This document shows positions 24,281-35,411 of a stretch of DNA of 64,000 bases, in pieces; positions within the stretch are counted from its first letter, which is position 1, and every line of letters begins with the position of its first letter. A program made the position numbers and the translations under genes. Source of the DNA: Betaproteobacteria bacterium (GTDB lineage: Bacteria; Pseudomonadota; Gammaproteobacteria; Burkholderiales; SG8-39); the NCBI GenBank assembly GCA_022340285.1, contig JAJDOG010000095.1:30678-94677 (forward strand). Reading direction: 5' to 3'. The notes below the pieces were generated by a model. The model ran no database searches, had not been told where the DNA came from, and worked only from the letters and a program-made list of their open reading frames with translations.

Positions 24281-25003
24281 CTACTGCGCGAAGAGCGTGC
24301 CGATGGTCGCCTGGATCCCTTCGGCTGCCTTGCGCGGGTCGGCGGCCTGACGGATGGGACGCCCGACCACGATGTAGTCGGCGCCGTTCGCGAAAGCCTG
24401 CGCGACATCCACAGTACGCTTCTGATCGTCGTCCGGACGGTTCTCGACCGGTCGGATGCCGGGTGTGACGACGAGAATCCGATCGCCCAGCTCCGCGCGG
24501 ATGAGCGGAGCCTCCAGTCCCGACGAGATGACACCGTCGCATCCCGCCGCGAGGGCCCGTCGTGCGCGAGACAGGACCAGCTGCTCCACGTCGCAGCGGA
24601 AGCCGAGGTCGTCGAGGTCGCCGCGGTCGAGGCTCGTGAGCACCGTTACCGCGAGAATCTTCACTTCGCCCTTCTCGCGCCCCGCCGCCTCCAGGATCGC
24701 CTGATTACCGTGCACGGTGGCGAAGCTCACACCGCGTCCCCGCAGGCCGCGTACCGCGCCGCGCACCGTCTCCGGCACGTCGAAGAACTTCAGATCGACG
24801 AACACGCGTTTGCCGCGCGCAACCAGCCAGTCGATCAACTCGAAATAGCCCCCGGCCATGAAGAGCTCCAGGCCGACCTTGTAGAACGCCACGCTCTCTC
24901 CGAGCACGTCGACCAGGTCGCGCGCGGCAGAGGGACTGGATACGTCGAGCGCGCAGATCAACCGCTCGCGCCCGGGAACTGGGAGAGTAGAGAGTTGCGT
25001 CAT
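24281..25003 (-). CDS. pyrF: Orotidine-5'-phosphate decarboxylase
   Basis: ICALD, YKVGLE, DLKFFDVPETV, VTVLTS, VTPGIRP, VVGRPI. Confidence 0.95.
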   Translation of the reverse strand: MTQLSTLPVPGRERLICALDVSSPSAARDLVDVLGESVAFYKVGLELFMAGGYFELIDWLVARGKRVFVDLKFFDVPETVRGAVRGLRGRGVSFATVHGNQAILEAAGREKGEVKILAVTVLTSLDRGDLDDLGFRCDVEQLVLSRARRALAAGCDGVISSGLEAPLIRAELGDRILVVTPGIRPVENRPDDDQKRTVDVAQAFANGADYIVVGRPIRQAADPRKAAEGIQATIGTLFAQ

Positions 25004-25100
25004 GGTCCGATCACCCGTCAGGCGCCTTCGCGCGGTGTGAAAAATTCACTCTCGCGAACCAGATTGCCGGCCGCGCTCAAGTCAACACTCGCTCATCCAG

Positions 25101-25116
25101 TGGCACATTCCTTGCT
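25101..25116 (+). promoter_or_regulatory. Sigma-54 promoter of FimW-like paralog 1
   Basis: TGGCAC-ATTCC-TTGCT, exact -24/-12 consensus about 105 nt before the ORF. Confidence 0.75.
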
Positions 25117-25220
25117 GCTCTTGGAGCATTCCTAGTAGAACTCGCCGACGCAAGTGATCGAGGTGATCGAAGCAAGCGCCCGAATGTGACGAATCTGGCA
25201 TCGCCGACGTTCCAATCATC

Positions 25221-26759
25221 ATGCTGATGAATTTTATCGCGCCGGGGCGGGAATCGCTTCCGCCGCCCGAATTTGCGCCCGAACAGCTGCGCGAGTGGCT
25301 CTCCGCGCTCCCGCAGCACGATGCGGCCGCGGCAGCGGGCGCGCTCATCGAGCGCATCATCACGTTCAACCGCACCGATCTGCAGGCGCGCGCGCGACTG
25401 CGCACGCTCGAAATGTTCCGTGATCACGTCGACGGTCTCCTACCGCATCTCGAGCGCAGGTTGCAGGACGCAGTGCCGCCGCTCGCCGGCGCGCTTCGTC
25501 ACGTCGCCTACCTGATGGAAAAGCTGTTCAAGGAGCTGGCGGCGGGCTACTCGCGCACCGTGTTTGAGGTCCCCAAGACGTGGCTTTCTATGGGCTACCG
25601 AAGCCAGCTGCACGTCCCGCTGGTACGGGCGATGGAGTATCACGCCCGCCGACTGGCGCTTGCCCAGCAGCTGTATGCGCGCAGTCCCGGAGCCGTCTGG
25701 GCCGATCTGCACCGGCTGTACCACCTCGCGCGCGAGTGGCGGATGGATGCCGAGAACATCGAATTACCGGCGATTTCCGCTCTCGACATCTACCGAACCG
25801 CCTTGCTGCTCGCGTTCGCGCAGCCTTCGAAGCTGAGCCGCACCGATTTCATTCGCGTGCAATCCTACCTAGCGTCCCACGCCCAGTTCGCCGAGATCAC
25901 TCCCGCCAGGACGATGACGGACGTCGCCTGCGCGTTCGCGATCGATCATCGCCGGGACAAGCCGGGCGTCGCGCTGGCGAAACGCAAAGGCATAGCGCTC
26001 GAGAACGGCGAGATGCTCCTGATCACGGCGCCACTCGTCGAGCGCATCGAAACGCAGTTGGCGCGCGTGCGCAGCGGCATCAGCCCGACGAGCCTGGGAC
26101 TCCCGGACGAGGCCGCGACGCTCAGCTACCAGGAGCTGCTTCAGCGCCTGATGGTCAGCTGGCGCGGTGAGCGCGCGGCCCGCGCGACCCGCACTCAGTT
26201 TCATCCGCGCATCGAGGTGTGGGTGGGGCTGCGCGAGATCTGGCGCGCGCTACGCGCCGAGTCGCCCGCCGAGAATGGCTCCGCGGCCGCGGAGGCCAGC
26301 GCTGCGCCACCGAGCGAGTGGATCGTGCTGAACGAGAGCTCGCGCGGCTTTGCCTTGCGCCATATGTCCAGAACACCTCCGCCGATACACGTCGGCGAGC
26401 TGGTCGCGCTCAAACCCCGCGGGCGCGGAGCGATGTTCGTGTGCCTCGTGCGCTGGATTCAGTCGGACAATCCCGAGCATCTCGAGGTAGGCGTCCAGCA
26501 GCTTGCGCCCATCGCCGTGCCAGCCGTGTACAGGCTCTCGGAAGCCGACGGCGGTGCGCCGGAACCCGTGCTCTTCTTTCCACAGATGCCGACGCAGCGA
26601 AAAGCGCCGGCGATCGCCGTGTCCCCCGATCAGCTGCGCGGCGACAGCCCGTTCAGCCTTCGCCACCGGCGTGGCCGCGTCGACCTGCGGCCCGGGCGAA
26701 TCATCGAGAAGACCTCGAGCATCGAGCTCATCGAAGTCTGGGCGGCCAACCCGGCCTGA
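25221..26759 (+). CDS. FimW-like protein with atypical PilZ-like C-terminal domain, paralog 1
   Basis: WLxxLP N-terminus, helical core, W.DLHRLY, NESSRG, CLVRW, GVQQLAP; clearly similar to 27093-28601. Confidence 0.65.
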   Translation: MLMNFIAPGRESLPPPEFAPEQLREWLSALPQHDAAAAAGALIERIITFNRTDLQARARLRTLEMFRDHVDGLLPHLERRLQDAVPPLAGALRHVAYLMEKLFKELAAGYSRTVFEVPKTWLSMGYRSQLHVPLVRAMEYHARRLALAQQLYARSPGAVWADLHRLYHLAREWRMDAENIELPAISALDIYRTALLLAFAQPSKLSRTDFIRVQSYLASHAQFAEITPARTMTDVACAFAIDHRRDKPGVALAKRKGIALENGEMLLITAPLVERIETQLARVRSGISPTSLGLPDEAATLSYQELLQRLMVSWRGERAARATRTQFHPRIEVWVGLREIWRALRAESPAENGSAAAEASAAPPSEWIVLNESSRGFALRHMSRTPPPIHVGELVALKPRGRGAMFVCLVRWIQSDNPEHLEVGVQQLAPIAVPAVYRLSEADGGAPEPVLFFPQMPTQRKAPAIAVSPDQLRGDSPFSLRHRRGRVDLRPGRIIEKTSSIELIEVWAANPA

Positions 26760-27017
26760 AGCATCCGAACCTTCCCGCCGGACGTTTGTCGTAAACGCGA
26801 CATAACGTCACACCGCGGTCGATCCGCGCGGCATTGCAGTCCGAATTCCGGCATCTCCCGAATGAAATGCCCGCGAATCCTGGCACCGGGACCATGAATT
26901 AATTCACACGCCGGCTGGCCGAGCGCGGCAAGGTGGTGTCGCACCACGAGGCGACGTTCCAGGCAACCGGGACCTTCCTTCGAAAAGGTCGAAGGGGTCA
27001 CAACGCCGCGGCCGCCG

Positions 27018-27033
27018 TGGCACAGCGCTTGCA
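27018..27033 (+). promoter_or_regulatory. Sigma-54 promoter of FimW-like paralog 2
   Basis: TGGCAC-AGCGC-TTGCA, exact consensus about 60 nt before ATG 27093. Confidence 0.78.
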
Positions 27034-27092
27034 GTCATGTGGATCAGGACGAAAAGCGTCCTCGACATATCTACAAGACAACGAGGTCCACC

Positions 27093-28601
27093 ATGGCATT
27101 GCACCTAAGTTTGCCCAAGACTGGCGAAGGCCAGCGGGGCCAGTTCTCGCTCACGGCCGAACAGATCGCCGACTGGCTGCGCGAGCTGCCCGACAACGAT
27201 CCGGTCGAGCGCGGCCGCCAGATACTTGCCCGACTCGCGGAGATGAACCGCTCGCGAGTGCGCGTCACGCTGCGTCAGGACATCACGGAGCAGATCCGTG
27301 CCCGAGTCTTCGCATTGCTTCCGGAACTCGACCTGTCGCTGGCGTCAGGCACACTGCCGCTTTCCAATTCGTCGCGCTCCGCGGCCGGTATGGTCGAGGA
27401 ACTCGTCACCGAACTCGCCTATTCGTACAAGCTGTTGCTTGTGGAACAGGCGCGCCGGCTGTTCGGCCTCGCCTCGAGCGGGCGCGCGGTCCTGCCAGTC
27501 GTCCGTGCGATGCAGCTTCTGGCGCGGCGCCTGACTTTGGGCTACCGCGTTTACGCCACGAACGCCAAGGGCGTGTGGCTCGAACTGCACGAACTCTACC
27601 AATTCGCCCTGCGCCGTGGACTTGCGAACCGCGCCCTGCCGAACGAGACCGACACGCCGCTCAGCGTGTATCGCGACGCACTGCTCATCGCCTTCGCGGA
27701 GCCGTTGAAGCTCATGCAGGGCGATCTGGACCGCGTGGCGGCCTGGCTGGGTCGCTTTGGTTCCCTCGCCAATATCAGTTCCGCTGGCCAGACCCGGAGC
27801 GGCCAAGGCGTGTTCCTCATCAAGCCCCAGCGGGACGTGCCCGGGTATGCGCTAGCAAAGCGTCATCACCCCGTCCCGCACGGCCACGATCTCTTGCTCA
27901 GCACCTTGCCGGCCGCGGAAGCACTACTCGACCAGCTCGCGAAACTCGCCGCCGGGGAGGAACCCGCGGCGCTCGGTCTGCCGCAGGAATCCGCGGATCC
28001 GGCCTTCCGTGACCTCATGGGCCGGCTTGTCAAGCACTGGGGCGCGGTCCCGAACCGCCGCTTTACCCGACTGCGCACGCACGCCCGCGTCGAAATCTCC
28101 GTCGGCATTCGCGGCATCTGGGCATTTCTCAACCGGCAGCCGAGCACCACGCGGTCTGGCGAGTGGATGGTCACGAACGAAAGCCCGCGCGGCTTCGCAC
28201 TCTTGCACGTAGGCGGACCCATCGAGCAGATTCGCGTCGGCGAAGTGATCGGCTTACGCACCCGGGACAGCCAAACTTGCCATGTCTGTGTCGTACGGTG
28301 GGTGCTGTCCGACAACCCGGAGCACCTCGAGCTGGGTCTCGAAGAGCTCGCGCCGACCGCTCGCCCCGTCTCGCTCCGCACATCGGGAATGCCCCGGCCG
28401 CAGGAATCGCAGCCCGTGCTCCTGCTACCGGAAGTTCCGTCGCTCAACCAGGCGCCCGCCATACTCGCTCCGCTTTTCCCGCTCGACACGACGTGCGAGC
28501 TCAATCTAGGCGAGCTGCAATCACGCCTGCGCGTTCGCGCCACGCGACTGCTGGAACGTACGGTCAGCGTTCAGATCGTCCAGTTCAGCGCGGTCAGCTG
28601 A
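27093..28601 (+). CDS. FimW-like protein with atypical PilZ-like domain, paralog 2
   Basis: WLRELP, WLELHELY, RRFTR (RxxxR), NESPRG (N/DxSxxG), VVRWV; GAGG SD before ATG 27093. Confidence 0.68.
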   Translation: MALHLSLPKTGEGQRGQFSLTAEQIADWLRELPDNDPVERGRQILARLAEMNRSRVRVTLRQDITEQIRARVFALLPELDLSLASGTLPLSNSSRSAAGMVEELVTELAYSYKLLLVEQARRLFGLASSGRAVLPVVRAMQLLARRLTLGYRVYATNAKGVWLELHELYQFALRRGLANRALPNETDTPLSVYRDALLIAFAEPLKLMQGDLDRVAAWLGRFGSLANISSAGQTRSGQGVFLIKPQRDVPGYALAKRHHPVPHGHDLLLSTLPAAEALLDQLAKLAAGEEPAALGLPQESADPAFRDLMGRLVKHWGAVPNRRFTRLRTHARVEISVGIRGIWAFLNRQPSTTRSGEWMVTNESPRGFALLHVGGPIEQIRVGEVIGLRTRDSQTCHVCVVRWVLSDNPEHLELGLEELAPTARPVSLRTSGMPRPQESQPVLLLPEVPSLNQAPAILAPLFPLDTTCELNLGELQSRLRVRATRLLERTVSVQIVQFSAVS

Positions 28602-28610
28602 CGACCGATT

Positions 28611-28638
28611 GAACGGGTCCGCCGCGGCGGACCCGTTC
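28611..28638. repeat. Perfect 28-bp palindrome
   Basis: GAACGGGTCCGCCGCGGCGGACCCGTTC equals its own reverse complement. Confidence 0.9.
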
Positions 28639-28659
28639 GCTCTGGATCCGTTCGTATAA

Positions 28660-30046
<1,387 letters not shown>

Positions 30047-30050
<4 letters not shown>

Positions 30051-30385
30051 GAGCGAGCTACTGGGGCGCCGTTGTCAGCCTGCTCGCACTGATCGCGGTC
30101 TGTCTTGCGTGGGAGGTCTGGCTCGCGCCGCTGCGGCCCGGCGGGTCCTGGCTGATGCTCAAGGCCCTTCCGCTCCTCGCGCCACTACGCGGCGTGCTGG
30201 CCGGCAGACGGCGCACGTATCAGTGGGCGTCCATGTTGATCCTCGCGTACGTTGCAGAAGGTGCCGTGCGGGCCTGGAGCGACCACGGTCTCTCTGCCGC
30301 GCTCGCGGTGGCCGAGGCGATTCTCGCGCTCGCCTTTTTCGCGTCGGCCGTGACCTACGCGCGGCTCGCGGCTGCACGCTCCTGA
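30047..30385 (+). CDS. DUF2069 membrane protein
   Basis: WLAPLRPGGSWLMLKALPL, TYQWASML; GTG start at 30047. Confidence 0.85.
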
Positions 30386-30535
30386 CCTGTCGTGTGTTGA
30401 CTGGCCGCCGCGAGCCGGCAAAGGAGGGGGAGGGGCCCCTCCTTACCCTCCCTGCGCTCGAGGACCGCCTTGCGGCACCATGAGCCCGACACGGGTCGGC
30501 TCGCCCCACACGACAGGCAAAGGGATGCTGACTTG

Positions 30536-32086
30536 TCAAGGCGTCGTCTGATGCTGCGGATTCACGCGCTCCACGTTGCTGCGGAGCTTGTTCAGCGCAT
30601 TCACGTAGGCCTTTGCCGAAGCGACCACGATATCCGTGTCGGCGCCGACTCCGTTGACAATCCGTCCGCCCTTCGCGAGCCGCACGGTCACCTCGCCCTG
30701 GGACTCGGTTCCCTGCGTGACGGCATTCACCGAGTAGAGGAGAAGATCCGAGCCGCTCTTGGCGAGGCTTTCGATCGCCTTGAACGTGGCATCCACCGGC
30801 CCGTCGCCTTGCGATTCCGCCTTGCGCTCCGCCCCGCCCTCACCGAGCACGACGGTCGAGTGCGGCTGCTCGCCCATGCCGCTCGCCTGGCTCATGTGCA
30901 CCAGGCGCCAGTACTCCTGCTCGGCGGTGACGGCCTCGTCGGACACCAATGCATGAAGATCCTCGTCGAAGATGTCCGCCTTCTTGTCCGCCAGATCCTT
31001 GAATCTCTGGAACGCGACATTCACTGCCTCCTCGGACTCGAGCTCGATGCCGATCTCCTTCAGGCGCTGCTTGAACGCGTTCCGGCCGGAAAGCTTGCCA
31101 AGCACGATCTTGTTCGTGGTCCAGCCGACATCCTCCGCCTGCATGATCTCGTAGGTCTGGCGCGCCTTGAGGACGCCGTCCTGGTGGATCCCCGATGCAT
31201 GCGCGAAGGCGTTCGCCCCGACGATCGCCTTGTTCGGCTGCACGACGAAGCCCGTGATCTGGGAAACCAGACGCGAAGCCGGGACAATCTGTGTCGTGTC
31301 GATGCGCGTCTCCAGGCCAAAGAAGTCACGGCGTGTCTGGACGGCCATCACGACCTCTTCGAGCGAAGTGTTCCCGGCACGCTCGCCCAATCCGTTCACC
31401 GTGCACTCGATCTGGCGCGCGCCGCCGATCATCACGCCGGCGAGCGAGTTCGCGACCGCCATGCCCAGGTCGTTGTGGCAGTGAACCGACCAGACCGCCT
31501 TGTCCGAGTTCGGGATCCGCTCGCGGAGCGTGCGGACGAACTCGCCGAACTGCTGCGGGATGGCGTAGCCCACGGTGTCCGCGATGTTTATGGTCCGGGC
31601 GCCCTCCGAAATCGCCGCTTCGAGAACGCGGCAAAGAAAATCGATCTCGGACCGGCTTCCGTCCTCCGGCGAGAACTCCACGTCGTCGCAATGCTTGCGC
31701 GCGAAGCGCACTGCGAGCCGCGCCTGCTCCAGAACCTGGTCGGGCGTCATGCGGAGCTTCTTTTCCATGTGCAGCGGGCTGGTGGCGATGAATGTGTGAA
31801 TGCGCGGCGCCTTCGCCCCCTTCAGCGCCTCGACACCGCGCGAGATGTCGCGGTCGTTCGCACGACACAGCCCGGCCACGGTGCTTTCCTTGATGCCGTC
31901 GGCGATCGCGCGAACGGCCTCGAAATCGCCGTTGGAGGCCGCCGGGAATCCGGCTTCGATCACGTCGACGCGCAGACGCTCCAGCTGCCGGGCGATGCGA
32001 ATCTTCTCCTCGCGGGTCATCGACGCGCCGGGGCTCTGCTCGCCGTCGCGAAGCGTCGTATCGAAGATGATCAATTTGTCGGTCAT
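30536..32086 (-). CDS. leuA: 2-isopropylmalate synthase
   Basis: [39 protein letters not shown] regulatory domain. Confidence 0.97.
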   Translation of the reverse strand: MTDKLIIFDTTLRDGEQSPGASMTREEKIRIARQLERLRVDVIEAGFPAASNGDFEAVRAIADGIKESTVAGLCRANDRDISRGVEALKGAKAPRIHTFIATSPLHMEKKLRMTPDQVLEQARLAVRFARKHCDDVEFSPEDGSRSEIDFLCRVLEAAISEGARTINIADTVGYAIPQQFGEFVRTLRERIPNSDKAVWSVHCHNDLGMAVANSLAGVMIGGARQIECTVNGLGERAGNTSLEEVVMAVQTRRDFFGLETRIDTTQIVPASRLVSQITGFVVQPNKAIVGANAFAHASGIHQDGVLKARQTYEIMQAEDVGWTTNKIVLGKLSGRNAFKQRLKEIGIELESEEAVNVAFQRFKDLADKKADIFDEDLHALVSDEAVTAEQEYWRLVHMSQASGMGEQPHSTVVLGEGGAERKAESQGDGPVDATFKAIESLAKSGSDLLLYSVNAVTQGTESQGEVTVRLAKGGRIVNGVGADTDIVVASAKAYVNALNKLRSNVERVNPQHQTTP

Positions 32087-32175
32087 GGCGTTCTCCGGTC
32101 ACATGGGCGGCACGGGCTTCCCGCGGGACCCTTTGAGGCGCCGCGGCGGGTACTACTCGAATTGGGGGGTAGGAG

Positions 32176-32283
32176 TTAGCTGCGCGCGGGGCGCAGCAGC
32201 AGCGCGCCGGCGAGAAGCAGGAGCGCTTGGAGGACGTCGAGCACCGGAAACGGCGCTTTGGATACTGTGGCGAACGGAGCCAT
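32176..32283 (-). CDS. Putative leuA leader peptide (35 aa, Leu-rich)
   Basis: MAPFATVSKAPFPVLDVLQALLLLAGALLLRPARS*: 9 Leu codons including runs of 4 and 3; ends 89 nt before leuA. Confidence 0.7.
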   Translation of the reverse strand: MAPFATVSKAPFPVLDVLQALLLLAGALLLRPARS

Positions 32284-32320
32284 GCGCGAAACTATAGCGG
32301 CAATCTCTGGGCCGCGCAAC

Positions 32321-33079
32321 TCAACGGGGCAGCCTGCGGCGGCGTCGCCAGATCCACAGCGCGTAACCGGAGAATCCGTAGGCGACGAAAAGCCCGAAGA
32401 GGACGAGGGGCGGCTTGGCCGAGATCATGACGAGCGCGAGAACGACCAGCAGAATCGCCCAGAACGGCACGCTCCGGCGAAGGTTGAAGTCCTTGAAGCT
32501 GTAGAAGGGAACATTCGCCACCATCGTAAGCCCGGCATACAGGGTCAGCAAGGCGGCAAGCCATCGAACCGTCTCGACTCTGGAGATCTGAAAGTCATCG
32601 CTCACCCAGATGAAGCCCACCACCAGCGCCGCAGCGGCCGGGCTCGGCAACCCCTGGAAGTATCGCTTGTCCACGACGTCGATGTTCGTATTGAAACGAG
32701 CCAGCCGCAAAGCGGCGCCGACACAGTAGATGAACGCGATGATCCAGCCCATGCGCCCGAATCCCTGCAGCGCCCATTCGTACATGATCAGCGCGGGCGC
32801 CACGCCGAAGCAAACCATGTCGGACAGGCTGTCGTACTCGGCCCCGAACTCGCTTTGTGTGCGCGTCATTCTCGCGACGCGCCCGTCCAGGCCGTCGAGC
32901 ACCATCGCGATGAACACGGCGATGGCCGCATGCTCGTATCGCGAGTTCATCGCCTGCACGATGGCGTAGAAGCCGGCGAACAGCGCTCCAGTGGTGAACA
33001 GGTTGGGCAGCAGGTAGATGCCCCGCCGGCGCAGCGCGCCGCGCAGAAAGCCCTTTCCACCGCGTCGCAGTCGGGCCAC
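32321..33079 (-). CDS. pssA: CDP-diacylglycerol--serine O-phosphatidyltransferase
   Basis: LPNLFT, DGLDGRVAR, GAEYDSLSD, RLARFN, FQGLPSP. Confidence 0.95.
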   Translation of the reverse strand: MARLRRGGKGFLRGALRRRGIYLLPNLFTTGALFAGFYAIVQAMNSRYEHAAIAVFIAMVLDGLDGRVARMTRTQSEFGAEYDSLSDMVCFGVAPALIMYEWALQGFGRMGWIIAFIYCVGAALRLARFNTNIDVVDKRYFQGLPSPAAAALVVGFIWVSDDFQISRVETVRWLAALLTLYAGLTMVANVPFYSFKDFNLRRSVPFWAILLVVLALVMISAKPPLVLFGLFVAYGFSGYALWIWRRRRRLPR

Positions 33080-33083
33080 GGTC

Positions 33084-33725
33084 TCAGAGCTCCGCGAGCA
33101 CGGTGGCGCCGCAGCGCACGGTCTGCCCGAGCTCTACGCTCACCGTGGCGCTGAGCGGGAGATAGACGTCGACCCGGGAGCCGAACCGGATGAAACCGAA
33201 CCGCTCACCCCGACGAAGGAGATCGCCTGGCTTCACGTAGCAGAGGATACGCCGCGCAATCAGCCCCGCGATCTGCACGCATGTCACGTCCGCGCCATCC
33301 GTCGTGCGCAGCCACAGCGCATTACGCTCATTGTGGAGTGAAGCCTTGTCCAGCGCGGCATTGACGAAGGCCCCTGGCGAGTACCAGCGGTCTTTCACCT
33401 CGCCATCCACCGGAGAGCGGTTGGCGTGCACGTTAAACACGTTCATGAACACGCTGACCTTGCGTGCGTCGCGTCGCAGGTAGGGATCCTCCGCCTTCTC
33501 CACGGCCACGATCCGGCCATCGGCCGGTGAAACGACGGTTCGCCCGGTGCCCGGAACCGCCCGCGGCGGGTCGCGAAAGAACTGCACCACGAAAATCGCC
33601 GCGATCCACAACGGAGCCGACCACCACCAGCCTGCGAGAAATCCCACGGCCAGCGCGGCAGCGACCGAGACGGCGACGTGACCCCAGCCTTCGCGGGCGA
33701 TGATCGGATGGGGATAGTCGGTCAT
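33084..33725 (-). CDS. psd: Phosphatidylserine decarboxylase (short type)
   Basis: [26 protein letters not shown] (GS cleavage site). Confidence 0.94.
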   Translation of the reverse strand: MTDYPHPIIAREGWGHVAVSVAAALAVGFLAGWWWSAPLWIAAIFVVQFFRDPPRAVPGTGRTVVSPADGRIVAVEKAEDPYLRRDARKVSVFMNVFNVHANRSPVDGEVKDRWYSPGAFVNAALDKASLHNERNALWLRTTDGADVTCVQIAGLIARRILCYVKPGDLLRRGERFGFIRFGSRVDVYLPLSATVSVELGQTVRCGATVLAEL

Positions 33726-33775
33726 CGCGGCGGCAGGTAGCCTTTTTGCCCGGTCATCTCGTCCAGAGTGATTGC

Positions 33776-34891
<1,116 letters not shown>

Positions 34892-35383
34892 CTAGACTTT
34901 CAGCACCCGCTCGCCGCGCGCAATTCCGGAAGCCCCGGTGCGCACTGTTTCGAGAATCGCCGCCCGGTCGAGCCCTTCGATGAACGCATCGAGCTTTTCG
35001 CCGTTCCCGGTCAGCTCGATCGTGTACGTGGCGTCCGTGACATCCAGAATCCGGCCACGGAAGATTTCCGCCATGCGCTTCATCTCCTCGCGGTCCTTGC
35101 CGGTGGCGCGAACCTTGATCAGCATGAGCTCGCGCTCGATGTGGGGCGCTTCGGAAAGATCCACGACCTTCACGACATCCACCAGCTTGTTCAGCTGTTT
35201 GGTGATCTGCTCGATCACGTCATCGGAGCCGCTCGTGACGATGGTCATGCGGGACAGCGAAGGATCCTCGGTCGGCGCGACGGTGAGCGACTCGATGTTG
35301 TACCCCCGCGCGGAGAACAGGCCTGCCACGCGCGAAAGGGCGCCGGACTCGTTCTCGAGCAGTGTGGAAATGATGTGACGCAT
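34892..35383 (-). CDS. ilvH: Acetolactate synthase small subunit
   Basis: ENESGALSRVAGLFSARGYNIESL, ERELMLIKV, VRTG. Confidence 0.96.
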   Translation of the reverse strand: MRHIISTLLENESGALSRVAGLFSARGYNIESLTVAPTEDPSLSRMTIVTSGSDDVIEQITKQLNKLVDVVKVVDLSEAPHIERELMLIKVRATGKDREEMKRMAEIFRGRILDVTDATYTIELTGNGEKLDAFIEGLDRAAILETVRTGASGIARGERVLKV

Positions 35384-35411
35384 CGTCTTCGCTCGGTGGG
35401 AGTCGGTGCGA

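Noticed and set aside
24281-25003. pyrF with DLKFFD instead of DLKFHD as a defective enzyme
   Set aside because: The catalytic D-x-K-x-x-D is intact; a natural sequence variant
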